Positions 1 to 11,535 of a stretch of DNA of 64,000 nt are shown here, piece after piece (position 1 is the stretch's first letter; the number at the start of each line of letters is the position of its first letter). The stretch is taken from NCBI RefSeq assembly GCF_016432865.1, contig NC_067398.1:81220001-81284000 (forward strand). Direction: 5' to 3'. Made by a program: the position numbers and the translations under genes. The stretch comes from Antechinus flavipes (taxonomy: Eukaryota). The notes below the pieces were generated by a model. That model worked only from the letters and a program-made list of their open reading frames with translations, was not told the origin of the DNA and did not search any database.

Positions 1-639
1 AAACAAATCCATAAAGCTCTCTTTTTCTCTCTATACCCACACATTTACCCTGACTTCCAGAAAAGAAAAATTGGTTTCCTGGCCCATCCTTATTTTCTTT
101 CTTTTCTCCTTACTCCCCCCAAGCTAGAAACCATCCAAGACTGCTGTGGGATAGGATACACAAGTCCCTGATCATGCCGGGCCTGGGCCAGCTTGATCAT
201 AAATCCGGGCCTGGCCAGGATTTGGTGTCATTTTAATCCCTACTCAAATCCTCATCGTTTGCTGATGTGAGCCCTGTGGTAAGGCAGGCAGGGACCCAGA
301 CATGCAGATCAAAGGGAGTCCCAGTCAGCGGGAAAAATATTTGGGAATTCCTGTACGCCCTCTCCTCTTCTAGCCATTCACTTCTCTTCCATTTTCCGGA
401 CTGATGGGGAAAGGTCTCCACACATCTCAGACTTTCCCACTTTTGAAAGCATCTGCCTTTATATTTTCCCCCAAACCAGTAAGAAAAGCAGGACAAGGGT
501 TAGATAAAAAAAAAAAAAAAAAACTGAGCCCCAGAGTGTGAAAGTTCTGCTCTAGATCACATGGAGAATCGGTGACAAAATCAGTCCTCTTTGTGGAATT
601 CCAGTAAGTGCTGTTGTTTCTTTTTCTTTCTTTCTTTCT

Positions 640-835
640 TTTTTTTTAATGAAAGCTTCTTATTTTTCAAAACATATGCATGGATAATTCTTTGACATTA
701 GCTCTTGCAAAACCTTGTGTCCTCCCCTAGCTGGCAAGTAGTCCAACATATGTTAAACATATATGTTTGTGGAATATATGTTAAATCCAAGACATGCGTA
801 CATCTTTATACAATTCTCTTGCCCTAATTATTTCT
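640..835 (-). mobile_element. Short L1 3'UTR fragment
   Basis: Poly-T followed by the antisense L1 terminal 3'UTR (CAAAACATATGCATGGATAATT). Confidence 0.7.
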
Positions 836-2389
836 TAAGACAGTTGGTAACACCCCTCCACTTGCCGGGGCTCTGCTCCCCAAGTTCTCCTTCTCATAGA
901 AACCTCCAGCAATGACTTTAACAAATTCAAGGAATAGAGATGTCAATGCAGAGTTCTGCCGGCGGTTCGCTGTGTGACCTTAGCCGAAGGCGGCAAACTT
1001 TCTTGGATCTCGCTTCTTTGACGATCAGGTGAGAAGAGTAAAACTGGCTCCTCCCTCTCAGATCCTGGCTCCAGAAGGAGTCAATCCGGCCCCCAGACCC
1101 GGATTGAATCCTGCCCCTGGCCCCAACCTGAGCCCTGACCTCCATCCCAAAGGGCCTGACCCGCGCTCAGACTGAGCCCTAAATCTGGAACCCTGATCCT
1201 GGCCCCCGGCTAAGCCCCAGCTCTATCCCAGAAGGAGCCACAAAAGGAGCACTGGATGCAGATCTAGAGCGAGCTCTGACCCTGGTCCCTTTCCCAGTTC
1301 TGACTTTGGACTGAGGCCTGAGTCCAATCCTAGTTCAAGCTGTAGACATGAATGATCAGACTCAGCCTCCATGCCCTAAGAGTTCAACGGTCTGGGGGGA
1401 GGGTTTTCCTGGGATCTAGAATTCAATTTAATTCAATAAAAATGCACCTACCATGTGCTGGGCACTGGGGATCTAAATAAGAAAAAGACAATTTCTGTCC
1501 TCGAGGAACTTAATGGAAGATCGAATGGGGGAAGATAATACACTAAAGAAAGCTAAATGAAGGGAGCGCCGGGGAGACCCAACTGCGAAGCGTCTTATTG
1601 TGGGAGAGGAGAGGAAGTGGGAGTCTGGGGGCTGGGAAGGACCTCCCAAATACGAAGCCAAGGGAGGGCAGGTGGGGTGAGGACGGAATGGTTCGCCTTC
1701 CCCTTCCTGAGGGGAGAAGACCTCTTTGCCTTCCCCTGAGCTGCCCTCCTCCCCCCCCCTCACATTTTCCACTTCAAAAGATCTTCCTAGTCCCTTCCTC
1801 CCCCACCCCCAATTTTTGGAGGAACCATTATGGGTGTGATTTATGACTCTGACGGGAAAGGAGAAACACAGACTATTTCTGGGCTGGCTTTTTATTGGTT
1901 TTGGCTTCTGGCAGAGCGAAGGATGACGAGAGGAAGGGAAGCAAAGAGAGACGCTCACACACATCCAATCCCATCCTGACATGCCGTCTCTGGCACACGG
2001 AGAAACACGTACCCCGACACGGAGGGACACACTGGCCAGTCACAAGCACACACAGACACTCCGTGCGCTCAGTCCTATAATCATATGGAGACATAGTCAC
2101 TGGCATATATTATATACACACTCATTATACATATACTATATATATTATAGAGAGAGACACACACATACACATAGTCACTCATTGAGACACTATGAAGTGA
2201 TATCCGTGTGCAAAGAGTGTAGGAGGAACAATTAGGAATTTATTTGGATTTGAATCCCACTAAAATACTGGCTGTGGGATTCTGAGCAAGTCATTTAACT
2301 GCAATAAATCTCAGCTCCTCTTCTGTAAAGAAGATAGTAGCACTCCCCTCCGGGATCCCATGAGGATAAAACGATTTGCAAGCTTTTCT

Positions 2390-2610
2390 GTTATGTCCAA
2401 TCATATCCAGCTCTTCATGACCCCTTTTTGAGGTTTTCTTGGGCAAAGATACTGGAGTGGTTTGCTATTTTCTTCTCCAGCTCATTTTACAGAGGAGGAA
2501 ACTGAGGCAGACAGAGTTAAGTGACATTCTACTAAGTGTCCGAGGTCAGATTTGAACTCAGCTCTTTCTGACTCTAGGCTGGACCCTGGGCACTGTGCCA
2601 ACTGGTCACC
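2390..2610 (-). mobile_element. Mar1-type CORE-SINE with RTE-derived tail
   Basis: GGCAAAGATACTGGAGTGGTTTGC RTE tail plus CORE CATTTTACAGA.GAGGAAACTGAGGC. Confidence 0.8.
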
Positions 2611-3904
2611 CAACCTTGTAAACCTTGGTCATTGTATAATGTCGGCTGTTATGATTGTTATATATTGATGGATTCAGGTAGCGAAAGAAGAAAGATCTGG
2701 GGTCAGAGTAAGCCCCTTTCCCCTCCTCTGCCCCCTTGGGTTCCTTTTGCTCTTCCTCTGTTTCTATTTCCTTTTTTCTCAGAAATGTGCCAGTTAAGTC
2801 CATCCCCTATGGTTAGGAGACTGAGTACCTGACCCATCTTGAGGTAGTGTCTCAATGGAACAAGGCTCCTAAAGTGACCGGGAGATAGTTGGGAAACAAT
2901 CGTTTTGTGATGGCCAAAAATTGCTCCCTTTTTGTAGGTTGAACCTTCCTGAACGCTCCCAGAAGATAATACCCCCAGTTTCCAGAGGAGCCTCTGTTTT
3001 TGGCAGCCCTTTTAACTGGTTAGCCATTCCTTCCATCCACCAACCAATTTTTCCTGAGAACCCCTTTGGACCCAGTCTAACCCTTGGAGAAAATATAAGG
3101 CGGCTATACTAGAGGAACAGATCTAGATCTTGCCCTCAGGGTGTTCAGAGTCTGGAAAAATGGCCCTTTGAAAAGCAATACCTATCCCTGGGAGTCAGTC
3201 AGTAGAGAACGAAGAGGCCTTGGATTGTGAGCTCTGAAAGTTGAGAAGAAAATCATCTGAGAAGAGCCCATTTCCTGAGGGGGATTCTTCTTAATTCTTG
3301 CCTCTTCCTCTGATTCTCCACCAACAGCCACAAAGGCTTTCTGAAAAGGAAGAGGCTGCAAGGTATAAGGTCAGAGAAACTTTGTGAGTCAAAAGAATTA
3401 GCCCGACCAGGTGCTATGGAGAGAATCAGGTGCAGGAAGCCCTGCAGAGGGACCCTTCCAGGTCTTCTTAGGGGCAAAAGAGATGCTGTATCTGGAGGGG
3501 GGGGAGCATGAGGCATTAGTGAAAATTCAGTGTGTCCTATGAGGACAGAGTTGTCAGTCACCTGGACTACAGGTGTTTTCTTTCTGTGGTCCTTCTCTAC
3601 TAGGATGCTCCACACATGGTAGCCACTCTTCCCACTGATGGGTGGGGGTTCTACTCTAGAACTCTCCAAGTGAAGGCTATATGACCGCTTGCCTCCTCTC
3701 TACCCCTGCTCCAAGTCATCTCAAAGAACACTAGCCCTGGCCTTTCCTTCCTTGTTGCTGTGAACTTTTCCAGCTTCAGACAATGGGACCCAAATGTGTG
3801 GTAGAGAACATCAGCGCGCCAGAGAACAATTGAGGCAGGACATGATGGATCACAGCCTATATCTGAGACACTTATTACTCCTAAAAATAGTCTGAGAAGA
3901 ACTA

Positions 3905-4290
3905 AATTCCTTTTTTGTTAAAAAAAATAGCTTTTTATTTTCAAAATATATGCAAAGATAGTTTTCTACATTCACCCCCTGCAAAATATTGTTCCAAATT
4001 TTTTCCCTTTCTTCCCCCATCTCCTTCCTTAGACAGAAAGTAACCCAATATATGTTAAACATGTGCAATTCTTTTATGCATATTTCCACAATCATCATGC
4101 TACACACGAAAAATCCAATCCAAAAAGGGAAAAATGAGAAAGAAAACAAAAAGCAAGCAAATTATAACAAAAAAAGTGAAAATATTATGCTGTGATCCAC
4201 ATACAGTTCCCATAGTCCTCTGGATGCAAGATGACTCTCTTCATCATAAGACTTTTGGAATAGGCCTGAATTGCCTCACTGAAGAAAAAA
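3905..4290 (-). mobile_element. L1 3'UTR fragment
   Basis: Reverse complement of the L1 3'UTR seen at 6500-6845. Confidence 0.85.
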
Positions 4291-4409
4291 ACTTCTTATG
4301 TAGAAAGTAAAAACCTAGACCATGTCAATGTCTTTCTGTATTAAGGGTTCAGCTGAAGAAGAGTCCTTCCCCAGGATGGAACCTCTGACTGACAATATAG
4401 GAAGATAAT

Positions 4410-4765
4410 CTTCTTATATTGAGTATGGACCACAACATTGCATTTTCACTCTTTTTGTTGTTGTTTGCTTGCGTTTTGTTTTCTTTCTCAGTTTTTTTTT
4501 CCTTCTTGATCTGATTTTTTTTTTGTGCAGCAAGATAATTGTATAATATATATACATATATTGGATTTAACATATATTTTAACATATTTAACATGTATTG
4601 GATTATCTACCATCTAGGGAAGGAAGTAGGGGGGAAGGAAGGGAAAATTTGGAGCAGAAGGCTTTGCAAGGGTCAATGTTGAAAAATTACCCATGCATAT
4701 GTTTTGTAAAAAAAAAAAAAAAAAAAAAGATTTAATGAAAAAATTAAATTAAATTTAAAAAGAGA
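4410..4765 (+). mobile_element. L1 3'UTR fragment
   Basis: Same 3'UTR family with a long A tail (4708-4728); inverted relative to 3905-4290. Confidence 0.85.
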
Positions 4766-5159
4766 TTATCTTCCTATATCTGCTAAAAAAAAAATCCATA
4801 ACCTTTCCCTCATTATGTATCCTATCACAAATCTCAGAGCAGGAAGGAACTCAGAGGCAATCTAGTTTAAGTTATAGCTGGAAAAGAATACGATTTATAT
4901 ATCTGACAAGAGAGCATCCATCCTGAAGACATTTAGGAGGTTGAGTTCACTGTCTCAATGACAATCACTTCCTTTTGAAGATAGCTTTAATGATTGGCAA
5001 ACATTTCTTTACGTCAAGCCTACATTTACAATTTTTGCCCCTTGTTACCTTCTAGAGTCTGACAAAGCAAGTTTAATCTTTCTTCCAAGTGAGATTACTT
5101 AAATTACTTGAAGATTGCCTTAAGACTTTCCCAGTTCCTTCAACCCGTCTTTATGGGCA

Positions 5160-5342
5160 TGGAAAGAGTATTGGGTCTGGAGATAAAGAATCTGGGTCCA
5201 AAGTTTGCCTCTGATGCCTACATAACCTGTGGGTCTTGGGCAAATGCTTTTACCTCCCTAGGCTGTTTCCTTTTGTATAAAATGAGGGCGTTGAACTAGA
5301 TCACCCCCGAGGTCCCTGCCTGATCTAAAACTATGATCCTAT
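5160..5342 (+). mobile_element. MIR/MIR3-type CORE-SINE remnant (one of many in the window)
   Basis: CORE motif with a GAGGTCCC...CTAAAA.TATGAT tail. Similar remnants at ~7560-7790, 9300-9525, 19890-20060, 40590-40770, 45140-45390, 56035-56250 and 61775-61975. Confidence 0.65.
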
Positions 5343-6022
5343 GGTACAAAATCTAGGTCTTTCCTTCTATTTGTCCTGTCAAATCAGAGGCTCTAAAAAG
5401 CCCTTTTCCCCCACATTTCTCCCTTTTTGCCTGGTGTGCATAAATGCCCAGAGTGAAGTAGATGTCTCTCCATGTGTTTGAAGGAGGAGGGAGGTAATTT
5501 TCATTTGTGAAGGGTCCTTTTGGGAAGAATCCAAATCTTTGGGAGAATTCAGCTTACAAATGCATTGGTTGGGGCCAGGCTTACAAATGGCTGGTTCTTT
5601 TGTGTTTACTCTAGCAGCAGCATTTGAAGGTTTTTTAAATAGCAAATGTACTTAAACTATAATGCAAGATTTTCCCTTTAGGTCAAAGGTAGGGTAGAAA
5701 TAAAAATGTTAATGGAGAAATGAGACAGAAATTGTATTTGGAAATTTCCTTGGAGCTGAAATGCATAATGAAGACAGAGTACAAGCTGAATTTGTTATCC
5801 ATCTAGGAATTAGTCTATGTAGACCGTTCTTATATATACATTTTAAAATGCTAAACCAAGTCTGGGCCAAGGGAAGAGAGGCAAATGTTTACTGCATTTA
5901 GAATTTAATAACTTTCTTACCAGTTAAGTGGGGCAAACTTTTAGTTTCTCTACCTGATTTTAATGATAGGATTAGATTCTTTATCTCTTAAGATCCCATT
6001 GTTATCAATAAATGTGTCATAA

Positions 6023-6845
6023 CATTGCTGGTGGAGTTGTGAACTGATTCAACCATTCTGAGAGAAATTTGGAACTCCCAAATTTTATAGCCAAGGGGCT
6101 ATAAAAGTTTGCATACTCTTTGTTCCAGCAGCATCTCTACTGGGCCTGTATCCCAAAGTGATCATAAAAAAGGGGGAAAGGACCCACATGTGCAAAAATG
6201 TTTGTGACAGCCCTTTGTGTAGTGGCCAGGAACTGGAAACTGAGTGGATGCCCACCAGCTGGAGAATGGCTGAATAAATTATGGTATATGCATGTTATGG
6301 AATATTATTGTTCTACAAGAAACGATCAGCAGGATAATTTCAGAGAAGCCTGGAGAGACTTACAAGAACTGATGCTGAGTGAAATGAGCAGGACCAGGAG
6401 ATCATTATACGGCAACAACAAGACTATACGATCATCAATTGTGATGGATGATTAACAATGAGATGATTCAGGCCAGTTCTTGTTTGGTGTTGATCTTGTT
6501 TGTGATAGAGAGAACCATTTCACCCAGAGAGAGGACTGTCGGGACTGAGTGTGGATCACAACATAGCATTTTCACTTCTTTTTGTTGTTGTCTGCTTGCA
6601 TTTTGTTTTCTTTCTCATTTTTCCCCTTTTTGATCTGATTTTTCTTGTGCAACAAGATATTTGTGGAAATATGTATAGAAGAATTATGTTTAACATATAT
6701 TGGATTACATGTGATCTAGAAGGGGGGGTAGGAGGAAGGGAGGGAAAAACTAGAACATAAAGTTTTGCAAGGATGAATGTTATAAATTATCCATGCATAT
6801 ATTTTGAAAATAAAAAGCTTTAATAAAAAGGAAAACAATAAAAAG
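6023..6845 (+). mobile_element. L1 3' fragment (ORF2 C-terminus + 3'UTR)
   Basis: ORF 6198-6455 (MFVTALCVVARNWKLSGCP...EWLNKLWY) is the L1 ORF2 C-terminal region, followed by a G-rich 3'UTR and A-rich tail that run up to a gap. Confidence 0.9.
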
Positions 6846-6858
6846 TATATAATGCATT

Positions 6859-7092
6859 NNNNNNNNNNNNNNNNNNNNNNNNNNNNNNNNNNNNNNNNNN
6901 NNNNNNNNNNNNNNNNNNNNNNNNNNNNNNNNNNNNNNNNNNNNNNNNNNNNNNNNNNNNNNNNNNNNNNNNNNNNNNNNNNNNNNNNNNNNNNNNNNNN
7001 NNNNNNNNNNNNNNNNNNNNNNNNNNNNNNNNNNNNNNNNNNNNNNNNNNNNNNNNNNNNNNNNNNNNNNNNNNNNNNNNNNNNNNNNNNNN
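6859..7092. other. Assembly gap (234 N)
   Basis: Run of N. Confidence 1.
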
Positions 7093-7279
7093 TGTGTTAT
7101 AGACATCATTATCTCCTCCACATATATAATTGTGGATCCATAACGTGTCAAAGCCAAAAAGGGTCTTAGTGATCCTCATGCCAAATCCCTTCCCTTTAAG
7201 AAGGGAAAAGCTGAGGCTCTGAAAGGAAGAAAGGTTTTGCCCAAGATTACTGCCTTCCTGGCTCCCAGCCCAGGGGTCT

Positions 7280-7460
7280 TTCCAACACATCACATTCTTA
7301 TTGTTCAGTCGTTTTCAGCCTGTCTGACTCTTGGTGACTCTTTTGGGATTTTCTTGGCAAAGACACTGGAGTGGTTTGCCATTTCCTTTTCTGACTCATT
7401 TTACAGAGAAGGAAACTGAGGCAGACAGGATTGATTGGCTTGCCCAGAGTCACACAGCAT
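7280..7460 (-). mobile_element. Mar1-type CORE-SINE
   Basis: Same RTE tail and CORE motifs. Confidence 0.8.
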
Positions 7461-10400
7461 TCCATCTCCTGTGCCACGTAGCTGCCTCTCATACTATATT
7501 ACCTCCTCTTACTTCAATTCATTTATTTATTTATTCATTATTCAATGAGCCAAGTATTTTTATGGGGTTGAGGAGTCAGGAAAGCTTGAATTTAAATCCT
7601 GCCTTAGACAATTACTAGTTTGACCCTGGGCAAGTCTAACTGCTAACTGCAGTTAGCCTCAGTTTCCATTCCTGTAAAATGAGACAACTTATAGCTTTTA
7701 CCTCCCAGAATTGTTATAAGGATCAAATGAAATAATAATTGTAAATCTTATCTCAGTGCTTGGCACATAACTTTATAAACTAACAACTATTATTCATCCA
7801 AATATTTATTAAATACCATTACCTACCAATCAAAATTTAGATAAGAAATAATTCCTTCTCTCATGGAGCTTATAGCCTGGCTAACAGGTAGATAAATAAT
7901 TATAATACACATAATTAATATAGTAAATATATATAATTATAATACAATAATGTAATATAATTATATGATAAGTGAAAATAAAAGATTTTATGGAATCTGT
8001 AGGGAAAAGGATGTTTCCAATCAAAAGAGTCCCAGATTTAGAGTGAGACAGGACTTTAGAGTTTGAACTCAATCCCCTCATTTGAAAGATAAGACAATAA
8101 GTTCCTGAAAAGGGCATTTAATGCCTCTAAGGTCTATCCACTACACTTTAGATCAGGGAATGTTTCAGGATGAAGGTAACAAGAGTCAATAACTAATATT
8201 AATCGTTCCACATAGCGCCATTCCCCTCATCCTTGGGGCATGGACCTCATAAGGCACCATCACCACGTACAAAGCCTTCTAAATGCTGGATCCCTGAGAA
8301 CTTCTTGTTGAGCTGATAGAACGGAAAAGCTGCAGGAGCTGGCAGGGGTGGGCCGGGCCTTAGGCCGGGATCTCAGATCTGGGAAGGACGCCTGTGTTCA
8401 TCCCTTTGTCCCCACTGTGGTCACTCGTTTGGCCTGGGCTGGTATAAAGACACGGAGAAGTAGAAAAAGGAGCTGTGGCTCTCGGGTGATTCCCGGCCCT
8501 CCTGCCAAAAACTGACCGGCTCCCCACCCAAGACCATGCAATTTGGAGGAAGGCATCTCCTAGTCTCCTTCCCCACCTACACGAATTGACTTTGGCCGGG
8601 CCAGGCCATGGCTGACCAGTGCCTGAGCTGCTCTCATTTCCTAAGGAATTCCTACTTCCCTTCTGGCTCATGTTCCCTGGAAAATCGTCTCCAGCCTTCT
8701 CCCGCTCATCCTCAGAAGGCCAGACTTCCCTTCCCCGGCGGGCCAGCCCCTTCAGGAAGCCGCCCCACCCTTCCCCCAGCAGCCTGGCGCTGTCTGAGGC
8801 TTCCAAAGCTACCGAGCTGGAAGGGACATGAGCGATGGAGTCGCTCCCTCCTCCGAGAAGCTGAAACCCAGCTCCCTCAGACCTTCTTATTCCACCCTTT
8901 GCAATTCAGGGGAGGCCGGACTTGAAGGGCCTGGAGCTTGCGTCAATTCTCCCTCTTTTGGAAGAGACAGAATGCTGGGTTAGGAAGACCAGTGGCTCCA
9001 ATGCCCCCCTGATGCTGTGGGACGGGGCAAAGTCCTTAAATTCTCTGTGTCTGCTGCAATCCCCTAAGGTTTCTTTATTAGATTCTGCTGGGACACAGAT
9101 CCTCGTAACAAATCAGGAGCTCCCAGCCCCGTTCCCTTTTATGGTTCCCTCCAAAAGCACATCTTCCTTACCGGAAGATCACTGACTTATTTCTTGGACT
9201 GCAAGGTGACAGTCAAGGACTTCAAAGTAACTCCCATTTCACAAATGAAGAAACTAAGAGGAAAAAGTTCTTTTCTACCTAGTATAATGATTATCCTGGA
9301 ATAAAATCTGAGTTTCAAATCCAGCCTCAGGTACTTTTTAGCTACATGACCCTGGCTGAGGAAATTGACTTCTGTGTGCCTCACTTTTCTCAACTGTAAA
9401 ATTTCTCAACCTAAAATGTAAAATGGTCATAATAACACTTAGCTCCCAGGGCTGTTATGAAACTCAAATAAGATAATATTTGTAAGGAGTTTTGCAAATC
9501 TGAAAGAGCTATGTGAATGCTATTATTACTGCTAAAAGATAATTGATATTCATTTTAAGGCTTTTAAAACACTTTCTGGATGATAATCCCTAACAAGTTG
9601 GTTGTGCTAGTATTTTTATTCCAATTTAGGCCCAGAGGAAGAAATGGACTTCAAGTAGCAGAGCAAGGACTCATGGGTGGGAGTTCTTTCCAGTAGGATT
9701 CACTGCCTCCTCCTCCATCACTTGAGATGGATCCAGGTCAAGGCTTCATTTTATTGGTATTTATCACCAAGAGAAGATTGTACTTTATTATCCTGATAAA
9801 ACCACCTGGAGAGATCCTGGGACTTGGACTCGTAAGGAATTTGGACTCCAAGACTAGTTCTATCACTTATGAACCATGTAACCCCAGGGAAGTTCTCTCA
9901 ACCTCAGTTTCCTCATTTGCCAGATGGGATAATAATACTACCTACTTCATAGACATATCAGCAAAGCAATTTGTTTACCCTAAAGTGTTATAAAAATTGA
10001 TCCATCAATAAGCATTTATTAAGCACCTACTATATGTTGAGGGCAGCCAGATGCTGCAATGGATGGAGTGTCAGGCCTGAAGTCAACAAGACTTCCTGAT
10101 TGAAATCTGGCCTCAGACACTGGCTGTGTCATTCTGGGTAAGTTACTGTTTCCCTCAGTTTCCTCATCTGTAAAATGAATTAGAGAAGGAAATGACCGAC
10201 CGTGAAGTGTTGGTCACAACTCAACAATAGCAAGTAGCTTCTGGGGTGCACAATCACCAAGGGGTTCCCTTAAAGAACTTAGATTCTGGAGAGGGGTGTG
10301 GGAAAGAACAGTCGCATACAAAGTGGATTTAAAAAACATACGCAAGGTAATGTGGGGGAAAGAGGCACCTGGGAAGAGTGGGGAAAGTAGGAGGTGATCT

Positions 10401-10739
10401 GCGGGTTTTGAAGGAGAAGAGGGTGTCTAAGAGACAGAGGAGTGAGTTCCAGGCGTGAAAAACAGCCGGCAAAGGAAAATGAAGATAGAAAGCAGGTGTA
10501 AGAAATCAGAACTACTTGAAGGGGGAGGGAGCGTACTTGCAATACAGAGAGACAAAAGATTGAGGGCCTCAAAACATTTTGCTGCTGGCCAGCCCCGTCC
10601 CGTCTCTGCAGGTATTGGAGCCCCTGAGTCACAAAAGCCTGGTGCCTGCTTCACAACCAGCTGGATTTCCATCCATCTCTGTCCCCATGGGGACTCTCTG
10701 GGAATGACCAGGCTCCCCGGTGGTCCTGGCGGCTCCCAA

Positions 10740-10958
10740 TGACTTTTTGCAGCCAGCTAATTGGCACAGCATCCGGGCGCCTGCTAATTGGTTTCATTAG
10801 CCAATAAGCCGCTCGGGGACCCAGAAAGAAGGCATCTCTAGGAAAACACTGGAGAAGCCCTGGCACAACCCCACCCTCAAGTGAGCATGGGGGTGGGGGA
10901 GGGTGCCAGCTAATTGCCCATAGAATGAGACAATTAGGTCTGCTCACTTTGTTATCTG
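10740..10958. promoter_or_regulatory. Candidate enhancer: homeodomain-site cluster
   Basis: Four CTAATTG sites (three on +, one reverse-complement) in ~185 bp of unique sequence. Confidence 0.5.
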
Positions 10959-11188
10959 NNNNNNNNNNNNNNNNNNNNNNNNNNNNNNNNNNNNNNNNNN
11001 NNNNNNNNNNNNNNNNNNNNNNNNNNNNNNNNNNNNNNNNNNNNNNNNNNNNNNNNNNNNNNNNNNNNNNNNNNNNNNNNNNNNNNNNNNNNNNNNNNNN
11101 NNNNNNNNNNNNNNNNNNNNNNNNNNNNNNNNNNNNNNNNNNNNNNNNNNNNNNNNNNNNNNNNNNNNNNNNNNNNNNNNNNNNNNNN
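10959..11188. other. Assembly gap (230 N)
   Basis: Run of N. Confidence 1.
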
Positions 11189-11535
11189 ATAGGGGGGAGA
11201 GAGAGAGAGAAGGAGGGAGAGAAAGGAAAGAAGGAGGGAAAGAGGGAAAGAGAGAGGAGAGAGGGAGGAGAGAGAGAGGAAAGAGAGGGAGACAGAGAGA
11301 AAAGAGACAGAAAAAGAGAAGAAAAAAGAGGAGAGGGGAGGAGAGAGAAAAAGAAAAGAAAGGAAAGAAGGGAGGGAGGGAAAAAGGAAGAAAGGAGGAA
11401 GAGAGAGAATGAGAAATGGTAAGAAAGTTAGGAAGGAAAGAAGGAAGGAAGGAAGGAAGGAAGCAAGGAAGGAGGGAAGGAAGGAAGTAGGGAAGCAAGG
11501 AAGGGAGTGAGGGAAAAGTAGAAGAGAAAGAGAAG
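11189..11535. repeat. Polypurine (GA/GGAA) low-complexity tract
   Basis: ~345 bp almost entirely A/G on +, including (GGAA)n arrays; abuts an assembly gap. Confidence 0.95.

Noticed and set aside
1-2300. Expected DUSP7 3' end from eutherian synteny
   Set aside because: No DUSP coding sequence or clear + strand 3'UTR end is recognisable, so it is not annotated.
3253-3669. 138-aa minus-strand ORF
   Set aside because: Non-ATG start, no splice context or recognisable domain.
6780-7293. ORFs containing X runs (also 10925-11498 and 38967-39702)
   Set aside because: Artefacts of translating through assembly gaps.
8247-8331. Minus-strand exon-like stretch FPFYQLNKKFSGIQHLEGFVRGDGAL-stop after a CAG acceptor
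   Set aside because: Protein-like, but only 28 codons, no partner exons found and no family recognised. A TBLASTN/BLASTP hit would be needed.
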